Below, piece after piece: positions 26,488 through 32,000 of a stretch of 32,000 nt of DNA (the stretch's first letter is position 1; each line of letters starts with the position of its first letter). The stretch is taken from assembly GCF_000011805.1 (NCBI RefSeq), contig NC_006841.2; one strand, written 5' to 3'. The position numbers and the translations under genes are program-made. Under the pieces are notes generated by a model. It searched no databases. It was not told where the DNA came from and saw only the letters and a list, made by a program, of their open reading frames with translations. This DNA is from Aliivibrio fischeri ES114 (GTDB lineage: Bacteria > Pseudomonadota > Gammaproteobacteria > Enterobacterales > Vibrionaceae).

Positions 26488-27606
26488 TTATCCGCGATAA
26501 TAGCGCTGAGGAACAAATGGCATCTTCTCAACCGTCATTGGAAGTTTCTTTCCTCTTACATCAGCAAATACTTCAGTGCCAAGGCTCGCAAGATCGGTTC
26601 GTACATATGCCATTGATACAGGCTTTCCTGCTGTTGGCCCCGCTGTACCACTCGTTACAATGCCAATTTCATTATCATCCGCATCATAAAGCTTACATCC
26701 TTCACGCACAGGCGCTTTAGTTTGTCCAACAAGACCGACACGTTTTCGATTTACATCTTTTGTTTCAATCTGCTTTAAAATAACATCAGCACCAGGGAAA
26801 CCAGCGACACGTTCACCATCAGCACGACGGTTTTTACTTATTGCCCATAAAAGACTAGCTTCTACTGGTGTCGTTGTCGTATCTAAATCATGTCCATACA
26901 GACACAAACCACATTCTAAGCGTAATGAGTCACGAGCACCTAAACCTATCCATTCCACTTCTTCAAATGAGGTTAAGGTCTCTGCTAATTCTGCTGCTTT
27001 ATCATTTGGTACTGATATTTCATATCCATCCTCTCCAGTATAACCAGAGCGGCTGACATAACATTCAATGCCACTGATCTCTACTACTGCCGTATCCATA
27101 AATAGCATATTAGAAACAGAAGGTTGAAGTCGTGATAATACGTCGGCAGCTTGTGGACCTTGAAGAGCCAATAAAGCTCGATCTTCAATAACTTCTATTT
27201 CAACATCAGAAGGTAAATTAGCTACTAAGTGCGCAATATCTTGTTCTTTACACGCTGCATTTACTACAACAAACAGATGATCACCAAAGTTGGCTACCAT
27301 CAAATCATCCATAATGCCGCCATTATCATTAGTAAAAAATGCATATCGCTGTTTCTGAGAAGGGAGATCGATAATATCTACAGGAACCAAAGCTTCTAAT
27401 GCAGCAGCTGCATTTTTTCCTTTAAGTCTAAGTTGCCCCATGTGCGATACATCAAATAAACCAGCGGCATTACGAGTATGAAGGTGCTCTTTTTTTACAC
27501 CAAGTGGATACTGCACTGGCATTTCATATCCTGCAAATGGCACCATCTTTGCGCCAGCTGCTACATGAATTTCGTAAAGTGCCGTTTTATGTAATTGTTC
27601 TGACAT
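26488..27606 (-). CDS. gcvT: Glycine cleavage system aminomethyltransferase (T protein)
   Basis: The 372-aa product has KTALYEIHVAAGAKMVPFAGYEMPVQY, LFDVSHMGQ, RSGYTGEDGYEIS and ARDSLRLE. SD is ggagat. Confidence 0.95.
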   Translation of the reverse strand: MSEQLHKTALYEIHVAAGAKMVPFAGYEMPVQYPLGVKKEHLHTRNAAGLFDVSHMGQLRLKGKNAAAALEALVPVDIIDLPSQKQRYAFFTNDNGGIMDDLMVANFGDHLFVVVNAACKEQDIAHLVANLPSDVEIEVIEDRALLALQGPQAADVLSRLQPSVSNMLFMDTAVVEISGIECYVSRSGYTGEDGYEISVPNDKAAELAETLTSFEEVEWIGLGARDSLRLECGLCLYGHDLDTTTTPVEASLLWAISKNRRADGERVAGFPGADVILKQIETKDVNRKRVGLVGQTKAPVREGCKLYDADDNEIGIVTSGTAGPTAGKPVSMAYVRTDLASLGTEVFADVRGKKLPMTVEKMPFVPQRYYRG

Positions 27607-27671
27607 TCTTCTATCTCCATTTGCCGATGTATGGCTGAATTTGTCGTTATAAAAAGTGTTGAGCTATGTTT

Positions 27672-28328
27672 CTATTTTGCTGTCACCCAAAGAATTTGAG
27701 CATCTTCTTTACTGATTGATATTAATACGTGTCCCATACTTGCGTCGTAATAAACGCTATCTCCAACCATCAAATTTACTGGTTCATAAAATTCACTGTA
27801 AAAACATACTTCCCCCTCAAGAACTAATAAAAACTCTTCACCATCGTGACGAACCCATTCTGCATACGCATCAAAATCTCTAGCTCGAATTCGACTTTTA
27901 AAAGGCACCATTTTTTTATTAGATAATTGCGTGGCAAGTAACTCATGTTCATACGTCGCCGTTGGGTGAGGTTTACCTTGCTCAGCTAAAGTAATATCAC
28001 GTCTACCTGCCGCCCCTTTTGTTTTAGGCGGTTCAAAGATTTGTGGGATATCAATATCCAAGCCTGTCGCTAACTTTTGCAATGCTTGAAATGTTGGTGA
28101 TATTTGCTCGTTTTCTATTTTTGATAAGGTTGAGCGTGCTAACCCCGTCCTTTTACTCGCCTCTTCCAGCGTTAAACCGAGTTGAATCCGTATATCTTTT
28201 AATCTTTGCCCAAGATCAAGTGGAGCAATCGGTTGCTCTTCGTTATTTTTCTCAACTTTAACGATTTTTGCTTCCTGCATGTTTATTTTTTCTGCGCTCA
28301 CATAGCGCTCCTTGTGCTCATTAATCAT
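27672..28328 (-). CDS. XRE-family HTH plus cupin domain transcriptional regulator, apparently co-transcribed with gcvT
   Basis: The HTH_3-type region is LGQRLKDIRIQLGLTLEEASKRTGLARSTLSKIENEQISPT. The C-terminal cupin-like region contains HDGEEFLLVLEGEV and GDSVYYDASMGH. It sits 65 nt upstream of gcvT with no terminator between them. An alternative start is the GTG at 28301, preceded by AAGGAG with a 6-nt spacer. Confidence 0.8.
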   Translation of the reverse strand: MINEHKERYVSAEKINMQEAKIVKVEKNNEEQPIAPLDLGQRLKDIRIQLGLTLEEASKRTGLARSTLSKIENEQISPTFQALQKLATGLDIDIPQIFEPPKTKGAAGRRDITLAEQGKPHPTATYEHELLATQLSNKKMVPFKSRIRARDFDAYAEWVRHDGEEFLLVLEGEVCFYSEFYEPVNLMVGDSVYYDASMGHVLISISKEDAQILWVTAK

Positions 28329-28375
28329 TCAAATTGCGCTATTAATATTCACTTTACTGGAGAAAATTGCGAGAT

Positions 28376-28447
28376 AAAAGGAAACAACAATGTCTAAATA
28401 GTGCGCTAGGTAGCAAAAAAGGAAACAAAGTTTCTTATTGGAAACTT
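28376..28447. promoter_or_regulatory. Repeat cluster in the divergent gcv promoter region: 12-mer AAAAGGAAACAA x2 (41 bp apart), palindrome GAAAC-AAA-GTTTC, and a third GGAAAC
   Basis: aaaaggaaacaa occurs at 28376-28387 and 28417-28428, gaaacaaagtttc at 28422-28434, and ggaaac at 28440-28445. All were read directly from the sequence. Confidence 0.3.
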
Positions 28448-28595
28448 CATCGTTGAATGTTGCATTTCACACTTGTATGTTTATCGAATGTAATGTGATG
28501 GCTGTTATTAATACAGATAACACTCTATTTGGTTTTATTTAATACAATTTCGCTTAACGCTATTTGCTTAATGCAATTCAATCTGGAGAAGTATC

Positions 28596-28976
28596 ATGGA
28601 AAAAGATCTTAAATTCACAACAAGCCACGAATGGGTACGTGACAATGGCGATGGCACAGTAACGGTTGGTATCTCTGATCACGCTCAAGGTCTACTTGGT
28701 GACGTTGTTTTTGTGGACTTACCTGAAGTGGATGACGAAGTAACTACCGGTGAAGGATTCTCTTTAGTTGAATCAGTAAAAGCCGCATCTGATATTTATT
28801 CTCCAGTTACTGGTGTGATTGTTGAAATCAATGAAGAGCTAGAAGACAGTCCAGAGCTGGTAAACGAAGAACCATACGAAAGCGGTTGGATTGCTCGTAT
28901 TAAGCTTTCAGATTCATCTGAATTAGAAAGCCTAATCCCGAGCGACACTTATCTTGAAAGCCTAGACGAAGAATAA
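28596..28976 (+). CDS. gcvH: Glycine cleavage system H protein (lipoyl carrier)
   Basis: The 126-aa product has KFTTSHEWV and the lipoyl-lysine motif [18 protein letters not shown] is ggagaa. Confidence 0.96.
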   Translation: MEKDLKFTTSHEWVRDNGDGTVTVGISDHAQGLLGDVVFVDLPEVDDEVTTGEGFSLVESVKAASDIYSPVTGVIVEINEELEDSPELVNEEPYESGWIARIKLSDSSELESLIPSDTYLESLDEE

Positions 28977-28999
28977 AAATCATAAAAAGGATTAAGATA

Positions 29000-31867
29000 A
29001 TGAGTCAGCTTCTTCAACAATTAGGCACGGATAATGAGTTTATCCGTCGCCATAATGGACCTGCTTCTTCTGAACATCAGCATATGCTCAACACTATTGG
29101 TGCTGAAACGTTACAACAATTAATTGAAGAAACCGTTCCAAGCTCAATTCGTTTACCTCAACCAATGCAACTCCCTCATGGCCTATCAGAAAATGCCATG
29201 CTTGCTGAGTTAAAACAGATCGCGCAACAAAATACACTCAATACCAGTTATATCGGCCAAGGGTATTACAATACTCACACACCTAATGTGATTTTACGTA
29301 ATGTTTTAGAAAACCCAGGCTGGTATACCGCTTATACTCCTTACCAACCTGAAATTTCTCAAGGTCGCTTAGAAGCGTTATTAAACTATCAACAAATGGT
29401 GATGGATTTAACCGGACTTGAGATTGCTAACGCTTCCCTGCTTGATGAAGCAACGGCAGCAGCAGAAGCCATGACACTATGTAAACGTGGCGGAAAAAGC
29501 AAAAGTAATCTCTTTTTCGTTGCTGATGATGTTCACCCACAAACCTTAGCGGTTATCAAAACTCGTGCAAAATTCATCGGCTTTGATGTGGTTGTTGATC
29601 ATGAATCAAATCTTGATTCTCATGATGTGTTTGGTGCCCTACTGCAATACCCTGGGACAACAGGTGAAGTAAAAGATCTGACTGATCTTATTGCTCAGGC
29701 TCATACCAAGAAAACTCTCGTTATTGTTGCAACCGATCTGTTGGCGTCTGTGCTACTTAAACCTGTTGGTGAGATGGGGGCAGATATTGCTATTGGTAGT
29801 GCGCAGCGCTTCGGTGTACCAATGGGGTACGGTGGTCCTCACGCCGCATTCATGGCGACACGTGAAAAATTAAAACGCTCAATGCCGGGTCGTGTCATTG
29901 GTGTCTCCATTGACTCAAAAGGCAATCAAGCACTCCGTATGGCAATGCAAACTCGTGAGCAGCATATTCGTCGTGAGAAAGCGACATCAAATATTTGTAC
30001 AGCTCAAGCATTACTGGCGAACATGGCTTCTTTTTATGCCGTGTATCATGGTCCAGAAGGGTTAAAAACCATTGCTCGTCGTGTCCACCACTTTACAGCT
30101 ATTGTGGCAAAAGCATTACAAACAGCAGGTTTTGAACTAGAGCACCAACATTTCTTTGATACCTTAACCGTTAAGACTGAACAACAGACAGATATTTTGT
30201 ACACTAAAGCGTTGGCTTCAAGCATTAATCTACGCAAATTTGATACAAAATTAGGAATCAGTTTTGATGAAACCACTACGGTTTCGGATCTCGTTACTCT
30301 ATTAGCGGTATTTGGTATCGATAATGCGGAATGTGAAACCTTATCTGCTGAAGTAGGAAAAGATGAATTTGCTGCCATTCCTAAACATTGTCAGAGAACA
30401 TCTTCCTTTTTAACTCATCCAGTATTTAATACGTACCATAGTGAAACACAAATGCTACGTTATTTGAAAAAACTGGAAAACAAAGACTTCTCTTTAACTC
30501 ATGGCATGATCCCACTAGGCTCTTGCACCATGAAATTAAACGCCGTTGCAGAAATGCTGCCTGTTACATGGCCAGAGTTTGGTGGTATTCACCCATTCGC
30601 ACCACTAAACCAAGCTGCGGGTTATACAACACTAGCAACGTCACTAAAATCCATGTTATGTGAAATCACAGGTTATGATGAGTTTTCATTGCAACCAAAC
30701 TCGGGCGCTTCTGGTGAATACGCAGGTCTAATTGCGATTCAACGTTACCATGAGAGCCGTGGTGACGCTCACCGTAATGTTTGCTTAATCCCAAGCTCTG
30801 CACACGGTACTAACCCTGCCACTGCATCTATGGTATCGATGAAAGTTGTCGTAGTTAAATGCGATGAAAACGGCAATATCGATATGATCGATTTAGCTGA
30901 GAAAATTGAAAAGCATCAAGAGAATCTATCAAGCATCATGATCACTTACCCTTCTACGCATGGCGTATATGAAGAGCAAGTACGTGAAGTGTGCGATATG
31001 GTACATGCAGCTGGTGGTCAAGTGTATCTTGATGGTGCCAATATGAATGCGCAAGTTGGTTTAACAAGCCCAGGTTTCATCGGCTCAGATGTATCTCACT
31101 TAAACCTACACAAAACCTTCTGTATTCCACACGGTGGTGGTGGTCCGGGTATGGGTCCTATTGGTGTTAAATCACACCTTGCGCCTTTCCTTCCGGGTCA
31201 CACTGAAAACGGTGTTCAAGGAATGGATTATGCTGTTTCAGCTGCGGATTTAGGCAGTGCCTCTATCTTACCAATATCATGGGCATATATTGCTATGATG
31301 GGTGAAATGGGTCTGACTGAAGCGACAAAAGTGGCGATATTAAATGCCAACTATGTAATGGAACGCCTACGCCCTCACTACCCTGTGTTATACCGTGGTA
31401 CCAATGGTCGTATTGCGCACGAATGCATTATAGATATTCGTCCATTAAAAGAGACGACAGGCATTAGTGAAGAAGACATTGCAAAACGATTAATGGACTT
31501 TGGTTTCCATGCTCCAACCATGTCATTCCCAGTTGCTGGAACCTTAATGGTTGAGCCAACGGAATCTGAAGACCTAGCTGAACTGGATCGTTTCTGTGAC
31601 GCGATGATAGCGATTCGTGAAGAGATGAATAAGGTTGAGCAAGGTGAATGGCCATTAGACAACAACCCACTTGTTAATGCACCACACACACAAGTCGATT
31701 TAATGTCTGATAGCTGGGAACATCCATATACTCGTGAAGTAGCATGCTTCCCATCATCACAATCAAAAGATTCTAAATACTGGCCTACCGTCAACCGTGT
31801 AGACAATGTGTATGGTGATCGTAATTTAATCTGTTCATGCCCAAGCATTGAGAATTACGAAGAGTAA
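29000..31867 (+). CDS. gcvP: Glycine dehydrogenase (decarboxylating), P protein
   Basis: The 955-aa product has [28 protein letters not shown] and the PLP-lysine region [19 protein letters not shown]. It starts 23 nt after gcvH with SD aagga. Confidence 0.97.
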   Translation: MSQLLQQLGTDNEFIRRHNGPASSEHQHMLNTIGAETLQQLIEETVPSSIRLPQPMQLPHGLSENAMLAELKQIAQQNTLNTSYIGQGYYNTHTPNVILRNVLENPGWYTAYTPYQPEISQGRLEALLNYQQMVMDLTGLEIANASLLDEATAAAEAMTLCKRGGKSKSNLFFVADDVHPQTLAVIKTRAKFIGFDVVVDHESNLDSHDVFGALLQYPGTTGEVKDLTDLIAQAHTKKTLVIVATDLLASVLLKPVGEMGADIAIGSAQRFGVPMGYGGPHAAFMATREKLKRSMPGRVIGVSIDSKGNQALRMAMQTREQHIRREKATSNICTAQALLANMASFYAVYHGPEGLKTIARRVHHFTAIVAKALQTAGFELEHQHFFDTLTVKTEQQTDILYTKALASSINLRKFDTKLGISFDETTTVSDLVTLLAVFGIDNAECETLSAEVGKDEFAAIPKHCQRTSSFLTHPVFNTYHSETQMLRYLKKLENKDFSLTHGMIPLGSCTMKLNAVAEMLPVTWPEFGGIHPFAPLNQAAGYTTLATSLKSMLCEITGYDEFSLQPNSGASGEYAGLIAIQRYHESRGDAHRNVCLIPSSAHGTNPATASMVSMKVVVVKCDENGNIDMIDLAEKIEKHQENLSSIMITYPSTHGVYEEQVREVCDMVHAAGGQVYLDGANMNAQVGLTSPGFIGSDVSHLNLHKTFCIPHGGGGPGMGPIGVKSHLAPFLPGHTENGVQGMDYAVSAADLGSASILPISWAYIAMMGEMGLTEATKVAILNANYVMERLRPHYPVLYRGTNGRIAHECIIDIRPLKETTGISEEDIAKRLMDFGFHAPTMSFPVAGTLMVEPTESEDLAELDRFCDAMIAIREEMNKVEQGEWPLDNNPLVNAPHTQVDLMSDSWEHPYTREVACFPSSQSKDSKYWPTVNRVDNVYGDRNLICSCPSIENYEE

Positions 31868-31897
31868 CACTCACCACTAACAACCTATCTATATAAA

Positions 31898-31929
31898 ATA
31901 GACAAGCGTATGTTTGTCTATTTTTTTTA
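31898..31929 (+). terminator. Intrinsic terminator of gcvHP
   Basis: atagacaagcgtatgtttgtctattttttttt has the stem atagacaa/ttgtctat followed by T9. Confidence 0.8.
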
Positions 31930-32000
31930 TCTAAAAAATGAATCATTCCTTTCCCTTTTGCTACATGAAAAAATCGTAATCATGATGTAATAGGATTAAT

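Noticed and set aside
28329-28595. Possible glycine riboswitch upstream of the gcv genes (also checked 27607-27671)
   Set aside because: I could not find the conserved GC-rich cores (GGAGAG ... ACCGAAGGGGCAA-type elements) on either strand. The region is AT-rich with only short repeats.
1-32000. Nested or antisense ORFs of 60-110 aa from the six-frame track (e.g. 678-929, 960-1226, 2622-2936, 9816-10145, 15815-16072, 23199-23483, 26475-26720, 30046-30378, 31378-31848)
   Set aside because: Each lies entirely within, or antisense to, a long CDS with clear homology-type motifs. They have skewed, low-complexity or Cys/Leu/Ser-rich compositions and lack SD sequences.
1-32000. CRISPR arrays, rRNA or tRNA genes, integron attC sites
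   Set aside because: I noticed no regularly spaced direct repeats, no cloverleaf-compatible GC-rich segments of 70-90 nt, and no rRNA-like conserved blocks. This was a by-eye scan only, and tRNAscan-SE or Infernal should confirm it.

Overview
The window reads as core chromosome from an Aliivibrio / Vibrio fischeri-type genome. The 218-aa nitroreductase at 17485-18141 matches, from memory, the V. fischeri major NAD(P)H-flavin oxidoreductase FRase I, and the tal-tkt and glycine-cleavage context resembles Vibrio chromosome II. I support 25 CDS. (1) A translationally coupled six-gene MoxR / DUF58 / DUF4381 / VWA / VWA-TPR / BatD operon (Bat-like) occupies 2-6562. (2) Housekeeping genes are talB-tktA, an LpxL/LpxM-family lipid A acyltransferase, guaC divergent from gsk, ppiC, an orphan cheV, a MaoC-type dehydratase, and a split glycine-cleavage locus (XRE-cupin regulator plus gcvT, divergent from gcvH-gcvP). 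(3) Less ordinary genes are an AT-rich dual-HTH regulator divergent from a small outer-membrane beta-barrel-like gene and a 1363-aa lipoprotein with a metzincin HExxHxxGxxH motif, a Cache-like GGDEF cyclase, a stand-alone 65-aa ORF, and a hexapeptide (XAT) acetyltransferase. I saw no rRNA, tRNA, CRISPR array, integrase or transposase. The best candidate for an undescribed system is the regulator / barrel / giant lipoprotein-protease module at 11408-17424. Secondary points of interest: a perfect 9-bp in-frame tandem repeat inside a Q/N-rich disordered region of the BatB-like protein; an inverted-repeat-bounded talB-tktA spacer; a strong intrinsic terminator sitting just downstream of a consensus -10 in the guaC leader; and repeat or palindrome operator candidates in two divergent promoter regions. 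All homology calls come from reading the translations. No searches were run.
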